Below are positions 32,201 through 42,775 of a stretch of DNA of 64,000 nt, piece by piece. Source of the stretch: Amoebophrya sp. A120 (Eukaryota > Protista > Dinoflagellata); the NCBI GenBank assembly GCA_905178155.1, contig CAJINV010000008.1:248001-312000 (forward strand), given 5' to 3'. Below the pieces are notes generated by a model that did no database searches, was not told the DNA's origin, and was given only the letters and a program-made list of their open reading frames with translations. Every line of letters starts with the position of its first letter. The first letter of the stretch is position 1. The position numbers and the translations under genes are program-made.

Positions 32201-34607
32201 GACAAATACTCGCGTCCTTGTCCTTTTTCATCATGTCATGGTCCGACTGTTGTACAGAAACAGGATGTACTTGTTGACCAGGCTTCCCAAGATGATCAGT
32301 GGGATGCCCGTACTTCGCTTTCGGCGGTACAGGTGCGGGGGGGAGCATCGTCGGTTGCCTGTTGTTCCGGGAGCACTCTCCTGCTGCGAAAGAACACGTG
32401 GTCGAAGCACGCTCCTCGTCCGGTGCGCTCATATTATCTGTGCTGTGCTGCATCAGACTCGTTAGTGCGCCGGCTTGTTCTTTATTCAGTGCCGCCTCTC
32501 GCCCTGATACTCGTTCTTGCAACTGCTCGGCTTTTTTCTCATCGTCACCTCCTGCGGCAGCACCTTGTTGTGCGTCGCGGCGTTTTTTTTGGGCAAGCCA
32601 CTCGGTGTAGGCCCGGGAATTTTCGACTGCGCAGAGCTTCGAAGAATCTAGTGCAAGTATTGCCGAGTACAAGTCTATGGCGGAATTGACGGGGAACGGG
32701 TAGAAGATGCGGTCAGCGTCTTTCTCCTTGTGGTTCTGCTTCGCAGTTTCCTCGAGGGTGCTAATCTTCGCGTCATCTCTTTCTTCATTCTTGTTCTTCC
32801 CGCTGTAGTCCTGCTTGACCACAGAAACAACGACGAGCTTCTCGCCGCGAGTAGTAGAACACAGGTGCGGCCCACTGCTATCGATGTCGACTTCCTCCGC
32901 CTGCTCTCGGTGGTTATACTCTTTACCGCCGCAAGCAATGACGAAGTGTCGCAAACGGTCACGGGATCGCTTGTTCAAGAAAGCAAACCGGAAGGAGGCA
33001 AAAAGAACGGACGCGGAGCACGACGACGAAGTGCTGTCTTCAGTTCGTCGCTCATCACCCGCATGTTGAGGCAGCTGGGGAGCAGGTCCCTCGTCCTGTA
33101 TTAACTTGTCTTTGTCACAGACACGTGCCCTCTCCCGAAGCAGCTGCGGCAGAAGCCATCTCTTGGTTTTCTCCAACCCGACGGCCAAAGAGCTTTGCAG
33201 CTCCCTTGGAAAGGACGTCTTCATCTTTCGCACTTCTCTGGACTTCTGCCCATGGATGTCTTCGGTCGACGTCACTGTAGGGAAAAACGCGAGGGGCGCA
33301 GGTTCGAGCGGCAAATTCACTTTCACAACGATCGGATCTGTGGCGCTGCTACAAGTTCCCGACTGATGAAAGACGAGTTTCTTCTCTTGTTGTGTTTCCC
33401 GGCAAGCAGACAGGACAAAAGCCTCGGTCACGATGCTGCATGTCGGTTGTTGCACCCACGCTTGCAGGAAAGGCTGCGTGAGCTTGAGCTCCTGCATCAC
33501 CAAGAAGGTCCTCGCAGCCGTCCTGACATGTCTTCCTCGGAAGTTCTCTGTCCTCACATCAGGCACCAGCAAGTCATTCTTACAAGCAGTCGAGGTTGAG
33601 GTTGACGTCGTTGCTGCTTCCATTTTTTCAGAAGTTGGAGATGCGAAGGAAGTGTTCCTCGTGTTTGCTGCGCCTCCCATAATTTCTAGCTTTTGCAGCA
33701 ATTCGCCGCCTAGTTTCTTTTCGATCAGATACTTCAGAGATTCGAAACCCTGGAACGACGGTGTCGCTGCTCCCGCCAACATCGCGTGCGCATCTTCCTC
33801 TGACAGGTTCTTTTTTCTTCTTGTGCAGAGTGACGGAGCGGCAACATGCGAGCCAGCTTGCGGTTCGTCTACTTGATCTTGGCGTCGCGATGAAGTAGAG
33901 TGGGACAAGTGCATCTCCTTTTCTTTTCTGCTCTCGGCGGCCAGCGCCTTGTGGATGCAGAAACGCCAGGGCTCTATGACGAAAACGCAGACCGGAAGGG
34001 GCGAGAAAAAATTCTTGCTGCAGGTCTCCTCAGGCGATGACGAGGGGCCGTCGGGAAGTCTTCGCGTGCGACGACTCGTCTTGCTTTCATTTTCATGCCG
34101 CGGAGGTAACAAAAGATCGTCGTGCAGCGACGCGCTTGCCGCGTCGTTGCTCGAAGTGGCAGTGGCAGGAGCCGTTTCAATTCCTTTAATGTCGCTTCGC
34201 AGCAGCGTGTGGATCGCAACTTCTTGGCGCGCTCGAGCTCGCGTTCCCTGCCCCCCTGTAGAAGTAGTAGGGTCGGCGACATTGGCACTTCTGTCGTTGA
34301 GCTCCAGAACTACACGATGGGACGGAAGCAAAACTTTTCCGTTGCATCCGACTGCCTCGCTGCTCTGCAGCACTGCTTTTCTCCCGGACAACACGTCCAC
34401 TTTCAACCGGAAGAGTCCCTGCACTCGCAGTTCGTGCGTCCCCAGCGGCAAAACAAAGGACGATTCGAAGCTCGACGGAGCCAAGCTGGACGCTTCGAAG
34501 TTCGCTGGAGCGCCATGACAGGAAGTCGCCCGAGCACTGTCGGAAACAGGACCACCGCAAACACTTTGTTCTTCTCGTCTATGTCCGAAATGGATGAGGA
34601 AAACCAT
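29256..34607 (-). CDS. NBS1: Nibrin/NBS1-like protein (degenerate FHA, tandem BRCT) with an internal J-domain
   Basis: BRCT1-like TFLVMQELKLTQPFLQAWVQQPTCSIVTEAFV and BRCT2-like LFASFRFAFLNKRSRDRLRHFVIACGG resemble, from recall, nibrin THLVM..KVT and IFKGKTFIFLN..GGG. J-domain: LQILGL..IQKAYRSLALRYHPDK..FVQLTTARDNL. Confidence 0.6.
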   Translation of the reverse strand: MVFLIHFGHRREEQSVCGGPVSDSARATSCHGAPANFEASSLAPSSFESSFVLPLGTHELRVQGLFRLKVDVLSGRKAVLQSSEAVGCNGKVLLPSHRVVLELNDRSANVADPTTSTGGQGTRARARQEVAIHTLLRSDIKGIETAPATATSSNDAASASLHDDLLLPPRHENESKTSRRTRRLPDGPSSSPEETCSKNFFSPLPVCVFVIEPWRFCIHKALAAESRKEKEMHLSHSTSSRRQDQVDEPQAGSHVAAPSLCTRRKKNLSEEDAHAMLAGAATPSFQGFESLKYLIEKKLGGELLQKLEIMGGAANTRNTSFASPTSEKMEAATTSTSTSTACKNDLLVPDVRTENFRGRHVRTAARTFLVMQELKLTQPFLQAWVQQPTCSIVTEAFVLSACRETQQEKKLVFHQSGTCSSATDPIVVKVNLPLEPAPLAFFPTVTSTEDIHGQKSREVRKMKTSFPRELQSSLAVGLEKTKRWLLPQLLRERARVCDKDKLIQDEGPAPQLPQHAGDERRTEDSTSSSCSASVLFASFRFAFLNKRSRDRLRHFVIACGGKEYNHREQAEEVDIDSSGPHLCSTTRGEKLVVVSVVKQDYSGKNKNEERDDAKISTLEETAKQNHKEKDADRIFYPFPVNSAIDLYSAILALDSSKLCAVENSRAYTEWLAQKKRRDAQQGAAAGGDDEKKAEQLQERVSGREAALNKEQAGALTSLMQHSTDNMSAPDEERASTTCSFAAGECSRNNRQPTMLPPAPVPPKAKYGHPTDHLGKPGQQVHPVSVQQSDHDMMKKDKDASICQDVVDDSWFASLMSRAEDCLAMPTQVVFSQTKEFEVGQQEARHRVHGTSLKPQDLPRGALPPRTVGVDDIGPRPLPTFPAAQNDSAVILNLSEFPAGSSCSAAKRCTGLPLPVGDMVNQDANFAGNAQNDDPNAEKNTSVVELDSARAVHEGCGHVLGDAAPRNVPRPTRKRNVLVKMQNKKTLHAHSSSEAHLLHDQFQSKRNAPVESEVAPHVVGPEGADAVHNVSTKQEADQESAGNSGLPLPNQIEYQTPAFEEHGEPSGVTNKSSSPANATSHSQRMWQALEQEANFFHVAPRLTDSQKRDLQILGLSDKSLNRGENNGQQQEIAQTFDMKTLIQKAYRSLALRYHPDKHSTHTSSVGVQPPACGADFVQLTTARDNLLRVFAGSSINKKDTGNPSYQSGRTANCGQTEVGNSGRALRATRDAPAAALGQEEGKRKRTVLDDLFSQSQILTGAEAEAFLRARDIQDDHKDHLGQERGEGSKCHNRDDPQIDVDVAPPAAVSLFESEKAQDNKLMPPSPSARRHDGAEVTAEKDDGADCNEFLPPVKKQKIQEKQQLQEPTRGVVDAIDVPTFLQPSFFNASATPTAKASTPQPDLSMSGGLVPAVSAPPPSSLFQSHPGIQHKAPERAAGDQVENNGAARNDVIANANATASAMIVQGQGLEALDCPSEEDHKEGKHDAKIAEEEKEDAIRGTEEKIDIRSRGTATGAQTGHGHVGERTDISKLINMMPPVEQNQAQGAEQLQQVEQTDPFLHNQLPRPDVSAVHGQAAKEDRNNGPVQAHQQETRAPQQQTFTRSTSFPAQGTSGSSRPDNLAFVNCSAAPSSFATSFLAARVPSSGVTTLPAARAQPRGALSLRGQESAAFATGARMHDFAVPVATAANNFRAAGEAETSRRQDRQTRSGYQSMGPPPGRIGPSALDELRGGTGIFREYHVPSYKRDQFRRCVENHWSTGPYVKGGGHKVVPDRDGWVRKSGVK

Positions 34608-35762
34608 TTTTCGATTGGAATTTTAAAGAATAAGAACGAAGAGATGAAAGTGTAAAAGATTCGATAGATGAGTAAAGTAATTTAGCAGTACAGATCAAAC
34701 AAGCCGACAAGCAGCAAGAGCCACACAAACTTGTCAATCTGATCCACTACAGGCCGATTATATCGGGTATACAGCGCAAAAAAGGTGAGTAACCAGAAAC
34801 CGAGCAGAAGCAGGTGGCAAAATAGCAAAAAGTAAATCAAATACAGCTCCAGTTCGAATTCAAAATCTGTATCTTTGTTCTGCTTCTGCGTAACTGTGCT
34901 GATGTTGAAGGTGTCTGTACTAGAAGTGGCGTTCGTAGTTAGCGCATAGTCTGGTACTGCTACTTTTAGTGGAAGGTGGTGCGTGGACATATTTGTAGCA
35001 GTGTGCGTATCTTCGTGTCGTGCGGCACTATTGAGTACAACTTCACCGCGTAGTGGTATCTTTGCAAACATCTGTGCTGCGCGGATGCAAGTAACACGGT
35101 GCAGGGTGTCGGGCACAGCAACTAATTGAAGTCAACACGACTGCTGGTGTCACTGCTAGATATCAAAAAAAGAACCTGCTGCCTTTCTGTTTTGGATCAT
35201 GGCATTGGCTCTCTCTGACTTCTTTCAAAAGAACGAGACGAGAAGACAAGCGAAGCATGTTTGTTGGTTACACATACACACTCACCAGAAGCGAAAAATA
35301 AAAAAAATGCGAAGACTATTCGAGTCGAACTCGAACCGCGTGATCCGATGCCGTAAATCAGATGCTCCTTTCACTCGAATCTCCGTTTTGACGGTCTCTG
35401 TCTCTCTCGATCGCACAGTATTTATAGTCAAGCTCTACTATGGTCGAAGATTTTTCTCCTCGACAAAAAAAAAACTGCACCACGAAAACTAAACAGCAGA
35501 AAGATGAAAATCAAAAGCTGCTTACGCTCAAAAGCAATATCGAGAAGTCGAAAAAACCAGCAGGCCCGACATCAATTCTACTTGCATGCGATGCCTGCAG
35601 CTGGAGCTGCTAATAGTCCTGACCCTGAGGACAAACCAAGAACATAAACAGCCCTTCCATGATCAAATCTGAAATGGGAAGCAGCATGATGTGGTGCATT
35701 CATCCGCAGACCACTCGGAAGATATCCTCGCAGTTGCCGCAGCGGAATCGTAAATGGGTCGC

Positions 35763-38561
35763 TCATGCTCTTGCGGTTCGCAACTTCGCGTGCACAGTTT
35801 TCATGTGTTTTCGATAGTCCTCCTCACGGTCTTGTGAGATGAGGTAGTCTTTGAAGAATTCTAGCAAGTCGAACCGTCCTTGAGTCATTGCAGTCTCAAA
35901 GTCTGCAGACTTGAGCTGGAACCCGTGATCAAGCACGTTGCGGAAGTACTCTACCGTCGTAACGCGACTGTCCAGCACCACCGGCGCCTGCATCAACCGC
36001 TCAAGAAAATCTTTGTTGTCCCCATGCAACGCTTGTGCCAACTCTTGCTCTGGAGGTGGCCGAGTGGTCGCTAAAATTCCACCTCCCGTCGCGGCCGCTT
36101 CCGCCACCCGCGACTCCTGTGCGAAGGACTCCTCTGCGATGAGTTCGATCGTTCGCTGCTCGAGTTGCTGTGAAAGCGTAGCTGCGACGCCGACATCCAG
36201 CTCCGCGTGCTGATCTTCCACGTCGGAAACGTGCTGAAAAATTTCCTCCAACTCCACCACGTCAAAGTCCTTCAGCTTCGTCATGCGACTGCGCAAAACT
36301 TGCAGACACCCAATACCGCGCGGCGTCACGCTGCGCAGAGAGATACCACGCAGTTGCCGTGACCAGCACTCGGGTGCGGGTGGGCGCCTGTTCGTCGTGC
36401 CAGCGCTGCTCGACGTTCCACGACCAGGACCATCCCTGCCTTGATTCTCGTCCACCTCGGCTATTTGCATGTTCGCGAAGAAACGCAGACAGTCGCGTAT
36501 GTTTTTCCAGTCCCGCGAGAACCGACACACGAGCACTGGAAGGGGCCAGTCCTGAAATTTCTCGCTCGCGTACGTAAAGGACACCTGGTGCGGAAACGGG
36601 ACGGTGGCGTTCGCTTGCGCCAGTTTTCCAGCCAGCTTGGCGAACAAGCCTGCATCTGCGAAGACGCACGCGGCCGCGTAGAAACACACTTGAACGATGG
36701 GATTCCAGAAGGGTCGGAAGTTTGAAAAAAAGTAGCGCTCCAAAAGCCTTTCTTCCAAGAGTGGGCGCAGACGACGCGTCTGGTCTTGCTCGGAACGGCG
36801 GTAGAGTTCGAGAATCAGAATTCCCGGGTCCACGGCGTCGACCTCCACGGCGATGCTATTGATCTCTACGTTCAGCTCTGAGATGTCTTTTGGGTCTGTG
36901 GTAGTCGAAGGCTGGCCAAAGGTAGGTGGCGGCGGGGGGGCTTTGGTCTTACTCGATTTCTTGCTCGGCGACAGCGTCGAGGAATGAGAGTGTAGCCCCA
37001 CCGCTGCGTTTAGTACCTGCGCTTTCTGTGGCTGAGGCTGTGGTCCGTCAACAGAAGCGGGCTCGGCCTTGAGAGCTTTCTGTTTGGCAAACGCACTAAC
37101 GTAGGTGCCACCTCCTTCTTCGTCTTCCTCCACGACTGCAAATGGAGCGGGCGCCGTAAGGGGCCGAGGTCGTCGACGGAGTGCTGATGAAGTCGATGAT
37201 GCGCTTGTGGGTGCAAAAATAAGCGGGACAACGCCTCCTGGCGTCACTCCCGGCGCTGCGCAGTACCGTTGTAGTTCCACTTTGGCGCTCCTTTGCCTCT
37301 CGGACTCGGATCGTGGCGAATGCTTCACCATCAGGCGCCGCTGCCGCTCCTTATAGCTCGCAAGATGCGGCTCCTCATTTACGATCTGGCGCTGTTGATC
37401 ATCATGATTTGTTTCTTTTTCCGATATAGAAAGAACTTGCTCACCTACTACCGCCGCCGCTGCGTGATTAATAGGCGAATTGATACTGCCTTGCGTGCCA
37501 GCGGGGGCCGTCTCGTGAGATATTGCTCCGTCGCCACCCGTGGCCCCTCCTACCATTTCTGGCGCGGAATTGCGACGCTGGCGCAGCCCTCGAACGCCGC
37601 TTGCACCGTGCTGCTGCTTGTCCTTGCTGTTCATCGCTGTGGGGGAGCCACCGCTCGGTGATTGCAAGACTCCTGAACCGGGACCGTTACTCTTTCCACC
37701 TCTGTTCTTGAGAAATACACAGCCCGTCACTGGCGGACCCTTTAGTGGAATCTTTCCCTGCGGCCATCCTCGCCACAGAATTTCCACACGATAGTTTTTC
37801 TGACGGTACTGCTCGATTTGTGTAGAGAGAAACAAGATTGCTGCTCCGGTACTATCCGCTCCGCTTGCTTTCTGTTTATTCGTGTTAGTATTTCCGTTCC
37901 TGAAACCATCATGGTCGCCCTGCTGACTGTTTTCCTGCACTTCTCCGCGTCCTGCCTGATGGCTCTTCGACGAAGTCGACGACAAAGCGGCTGCCACACT
38001 CGCTGGTGGCCGCGTTGTCAGTGACAGGAGGAACTCGAGACATTTGCGCGCGTGGTGACTACAGGCAGTGACCACTTGGCTGGCGGACAGCTCGAAGGTG
38101 GTCGTGGAACTCGTGGTGGTCCAATAGTCACAAATCACCTCCTGCAGATGCTCCACGTCGTCCTCGCGAAAAACCCTATCGAGGATCCGGTCTGGCGTAA
38201 ACCGCAGGCCAATCAGGTGCTGCGCACACACGTTCGGATGCTTTCGCTTGTAGAAAGACAGCAGACGCTGGTACCGCACGCTGCTCTTCGCCGCCGCCAC
38301 ATCGTGCAGGAACGCCTTGTCGTGGCCCTGCCGCAGAATGTACTCGTCCAAGAGGTCCTCATCCTGGAGCTGCAAACTCTCCCAAATCCGGACCAACTCG
38401 CGAAACGTGAGGAAGGGTGAGACGAGAGACAGGATGAGGGCGAACCTCTCCTCTTTTGTCACCCATCGCGGCGCAGCCGGCAGAACCAAAGCTGATGTCT
38501 CAATTAGTCCTCTGGCTTCTTTTCCGTCTTCAGGAAGAAAATTTTTCTCCATGGTGCTCAA
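35763..38561 (-). CDS. 932-aa protein with an F-box-like N-terminus and degenerate ankyrin-like helices
   Basis: LILSLVSPFLTFRELVRIW; ACSHHARKCLEFLL; ALHGDNKDFLERL; AMTQGRFDLLEFF. The ORF is solid; the domain calls are tentative. Confidence 0.6.
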   Translation of the reverse strand: MSTMEKNFLPEDGKEARGLIETSALVLPAAPRWVTKEERFALILSLVSPFLTFRELVRIWESLQLQDEDLLDEYILRQGHDKAFLHDVAAAKSSVRYQRLLSFYKRKHPNVCAQHLIGLRFTPDRILDRVFREDDVEHLQEVICDYWTTTSSTTTFELSASQVVTACSHHARKCLEFLLSLTTRPPASVAAALSSTSSKSHQAGRGEVQENSQQGDHDGFRNGNTNTNKQKASGADSTGAAILFLSTQIEQYRQKNYRVEILWRGWPQGKIPLKGPPVTGCVFLKNRGGKSNGPGSGVLQSPSGGSPTAMNSKDKQQHGASGVRGLRQRRNSAPEMVGGATGGDGAISHETAPAGTQGSINSPINHAAAAVVGEQVLSISEKETNHDDQQRQIVNEEPHLASYKERQRRLMVKHSPRSESERQRSAKVELQRYCAAPGVTPGGVVPLIFAPTSASSTSSALRRRPRPLTAPAPFAVVEEDEEGGGTYVSAFAKQKALKAEPASVDGPQPQPQKAQVLNAAVGLHSHSSTLSPSKKSSKTKAPPPPPTFGQPSTTTDPKDISELNVEINSIAVEVDAVDPGILILELYRRSEQDQTRRLRPLLEERLLERYFFSNFRPFWNPIVQVCFYAAACVFADAGLFAKLAGKLAQANATVPFPHQVSFTYASEKFQDWPLPVLVCRFSRDWKNIRDCLRFFANMQIAEVDENQGRDGPGRGTSSSAGTTNRRPPAPECWSRQLRGISLRSVTPRGIGCLQVLRSRMTKLKDFDVVELEEIFQHVSDVEDQHAELDVGVAATLSQQLEQRTIELIAEESFAQESRVAEAAATGGGILATTRPPPEQELAQALHGDNKDFLERLMQAPVVLDSRVTTVEYFRNVLDHGFQLKSADFETAMTQGRFDLLEFFKDYLISQDREEDYRKHMKTVHAKLRTARA

Positions 38562-40642
38562 ACAGGAAAAGTTTTCAAATCACCATCGCCGCGTTCGTCA
38601 ACGTCAATCAAATCCTACCTCGCAGCCGTTTTATCCCGGGTTGACCAAACGGATCGGACCGGTCCATGCAACTTTCTTTGGCGTTTCTCTTTCTTGATTA
38701 CCTTCGTTTTGTCAGAGTCTGGCTCCGGGTCCGGCGTGACTTTTCGCATGAGCAAGTGGGAGTTGCTCCGAACGGATGGCTGCAAAATGAAGAAGGAGAG
38801 CGTGGTCGCGAGCACAAAAGGCGAATCCTCAAATTCATGGTCATAATTGTCAAATGTCAACATATTGATCAGGTAGAGTATTCAGGGTATAAGTTGCGGC
38901 AGCTTTAGTCTTAGCGCAATGGATACGCCAAACCAATCGAAAAATACAATCGAACTTCATTGCGTCGGGGAAACATGCGTCGAGCGAAGTGACTTGTAAT
39001 TGTTCCGGTGTGGGGGTAAAAGGAGGTCCTGCTTCAGCAACATTGAAACAAATTTTCTGAAAGTCAAAGTTTCACTTCGAACAAGACTCCGACAAATTAT
39101 AGAGGATAGGGGTCAGAAGCACAACCGAGGATATGCTGTTCATGGCAGGCCTGAAGTCACCGAAACAGTCAGGTACTGGTGTAGCAAATACTCAGCTCCG
39201 TGCTTTCGCGTTGAATCGTAGCAGCAGTGCACAGGCGAAACTCACAGCGGTTGCCGATGAAACAAAAGTGAATGTCTAGAGCCGATATTGAAGTGCAAGT
39301 ACTTATCGACCGAGTAAAAAACTTACGCTTACCGATCATCACCAGGGAAGCAGATAGGAAAGGTAAAGCACAGCGCATGAAACGAATAGCTGTTCTTGTT
39401 GGCACTGTTTTATTTGGACTCGCTACATTCATCCTTCGCGAGCTGCGCTGGGTCGAATTCGAATAGGAGCAATTGTAGTGCAATTTCTCGTCATCTTATT
39501 CGGTCCGTACAACCTCGTACCAACGATGCAACCCGCTTCGCTAGTATAGGTATACCCACGGCATGATACATGAAGATAGAATGCATCGACAGATCAGTTC
39601 CTTCTCTTTTCCTTTTCTGTTGGTTCTGTCTGTTTTGGTGAAAATTAACGCTAAATGTTGGAATGTCAAAAAGTACGAGATACAGCCACATGAGGCAGTT
39701 GAATATTTACCACTAGTTGTACCTGTGATCATATCATACATGAAACGCTAGCTGTATCAAAAATCAGCCACTGTCCCGTGCGGTGCTTGCGGTGTGGCTT
39801 CTCTCCGACGCGATCTTCTTGAGTATCATGGTCATCTATATTTCCAAATCATGATAAGAATAAACAAAAGCTCTATCTCAACTTCTGCGAGGTGAGTTTC
39901 TCGGTGTGCTGGCAAATACCAGAATGATGTATGACTAAGTACGCAAACACCTGCGCACAGAACTAGCCACACTTCCTGCTGGAGTTCGCCCGCAATTTGC
40001 TGTCTAAGGCTCTTTGTTTCCAACTACTCTAACAAAATCAAAAATATTTAGTATTCAGAATCAAAATGAAAATATCAATATCAACTAGAAGTGGTAGCAA
40101 AGGCAAAGCTCAACTCGTCCCACGAAATAAACCCAGTAGGCGTTGCGACCACGATTGCGTTCCAGTTTGTTGCGGTGGGAGATGGTCTGGGCGGGGTGGA
40201 AGCGGCCCCGGGGGCCCCGTCGCGGGGGGCGGCGGAGGATCGGCAGCGTCCACAAAAGCCGGCGAGAAGATTGGAGCTGTCGCTCCTGTAGCTGGGTCCC
40301 GCCAGTGCATCCGGTTTGTACGCTCTTCAATCGGCAAATGCGGCGCGTACGGCGAAGGCGTCGTGCGGGTCCCTATGAAACCAAACAACTCCTCTTCGTT
40401 AGTCTCACTCGGAGCTAAAAGAGTAGTCTCTGCGCAGGTATGGAAGTGTAGAAAAACCGTATCTGCTACTGCATTTATGCCTATCTTGTTCATCTTCCTC
40501 AAATTGCCACGCACAGTACTCTTGGCCACGTTGCCACCTCCATGTTGACGATCGGAAAACAAAAAGACCACGCCGATCAAAATCATAAAATATCAACATA
40601 TAGTACAAATAAGTGTAGACGCTACAAAGGGAAACGGGTAGA

Positions 40643-42775
40643 TCATGCATAGAACAGCAGCTGTCCTACTCTGAAAAAGTTCTTTAAGTACAAGCACAGC
40701 TGAAGACACGGTGACGCGATACCGTTACCATAGCTCTGGGCCTGGACGCAGCCCTGGGTAAAGCCACTGCCTGTATCGGTTCCGTAGAAGTCCGCGCGGC
40801 TATCCACAAAAAAAGACCCATCCCCATCCAATTTGTCATGCCAAATATGCATAAGGTCCAGCGTTTGTCATGCAAAAAATGAATGGGGATGGGTGTTTTT
40901 TCCTGGATAGTGGCCCCCGTCTTCGTACGCTGCAGTTGTTTGCGGGTAGATGTGCGGCGCCCGCCAAGCAACCGCTGCCGCTGCCTGGTCCTCAGGTGTC
41001 TTGAACTTGAACTTGCCGTTTCCCCAATGGTCAATCTCTGTGTCAATCACTGTCGGGCTGTTCAGGACGGAGTGCTGCATCGTCCTGCCCGGCTCGTCTA
41101 GTGCATGGTCCGCCTTGTTATTGCGCTCGTTTGTGAACTTGCCGTTGTTGTACTGTTTCACCATGTTGAAGTCTCGCGGCGACCAGGTGGCTCGCGGGCT
41201 CACTTCCATCGTGCCCGTTGCGCCCGCTGGCCGGGCGGGCAACGCACTGCCCCCCATTGGGTGTTGATACGCCACAGTGGCCTGCCCACGATATGAGGCT
41301 CGACAACTCCCCCGTCGAAATCTTTAGTGCTGCTAATAGCTATTGATCTTATGATTTGTGGTCATGCAAACCAGCAACATGCGCAGCTACGCTTCTACTT
41401 GTTGACCTTCGATGGCCGCAGGGGAGGTACTTACGATGTTGCCTACTATGAACATGTCACAGAAGTTGCACGGCCACGTCAACTTGAAATACATGAAAAA
41501 GAGGAGCCTATATTACCATGAATGCGTGAGGTACTTCTACTTCTATTGATGCAGAAAAGAACAAGAGTAACCCGCAATGAAAACAGTGCAGCTTCTGTTG
41601 CAGGCCTGGGACGGGCGGGGGAATTGGGAACCTGTAGCGCGTGCTACCGCTGCGTCTCTGTCGTTGAACTTGAGGTCTTCGGTGTGGGCGGCCCTCTGTC
41701 GGTCGCTCATGTCTGCGACGGGCTGATCCTCGGCGGGCCCTTGGTAGAGGTCCGCGTTAGTGACCAGCCGCGTATTGCGTGTGGCCCAGTTGCCCTGGTA
41801 AACGGCCTGCAACTGTGGATCGGTCGGTTTGTCGGGTTGCGCGGTCGCCCGCGCGAAGTGCATGGTCGGCTCGCCCGCCTGGTGCTTGTGGTAGGTGTCG
41901 GCAACGGTACGGATCACGGTGTCCATGTGACGCGGGCCCTGTTCAACCATGTTGTCGTGCAGCGTTCCGGCCGTCGTGCGCCGGTAGGTCTCTTGCGCGG
42001 CCGCGGCCGGATTCGCCTCGGCCTGGTGGACGTTTTTCATCCGCTCTGGTCCGCCGTTTGCCCCCTTTTTCAGGGCCTCGGGCCCGGTGGTTCGCAAGTT
42101 CTGGATGTCTGTGGACTCGGCAGGCACCATGTAGGCGGTTCTTCCGGGTTCCTGCTGGATGGCGTGAGGCGGAAATTTGTTGAAATTAATCACCTCCCTG
42201 ATGCCGTCCACCGGGTCTGGAGCGCCCAGGACCGCGCGGCCCCTCGCTTGACTGAGGTCACTTTTCATATTCCCGAGATTGTTGATTTTTGTGGTTAAGT
42301 TTGCGATTTGCGCGGTCCTTCCTGGTGTCTTCGGCAGCGCTTGCAACGCAGCCTTTTGAGCTTTTAGCTTGTTTTGGTAGGCCTCAACGGCAGTGCGGTC
42401 GTTGTCAAAAGCACCCGGGGGGTTGTTCTGACGCCGGACTTCTGCAAGCGTCGGCCAATCTTGCTTTGGTGCCACGCCGCCCGGGCGATCGACATACACA
42501 TTGCCGGTTGCTGGGTCCAAGTCACCCATTGCCTCCAACTGCGAAAATCGACGCACGCGCCGCTGGGGGTCGTACTCTTGATAATCTTCCGCTGCGTCAG
42601 GCTCGTCGGCTGCGAGGTTTCCTCCATCGTCGCTGCCAACATCTTCTCCTGTTGCGTCGCAATCTGCGGATCCGTTACACTGCTCTCTCAACCACTGGTA
42701 CCCTTGCTGGAACAACCCGGATATGCTTGTACCTCCTGAAGTTTTTTTTTGCAATTTCCGACACACTAAATGCAA
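40643..42775 (-). CDS. Hypothetical multi-exon protein; GC-AG intron 41282-41605 and inverted-repeat intron 40798-40911; both termini unresolved
   Basis: The joins PRPSQ|ATVAYQHP and YEDGG|RADFYGTDT keep one frame. Possible upstream hydrophobic exon (42833-43039) and downstream exon (about 40110-40550). Confidence 0.65.
40798..40911 (-). mobile_element. Introner-type non-canonical intron (114 nt; inverted repeat of about 40 nt; GCC direct repeat)
   Basis: + strand ctatccacaaaaaaagacccatccccatccaatttgtcatg (40800-40840) pairs with catgcaaaaaatgaatggggatgggtgttttttcctggatag (40869-40910). It contains the only in-frame stop between two co-framed ORFs. Confidence 0.85.

Noticed and set aside
39272-39466. 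Small plus-strand ORF with a hydrophobic C-terminus
   Set aside because: Only 64 aa, opposite to the local gene orientation, and no supporting homology.
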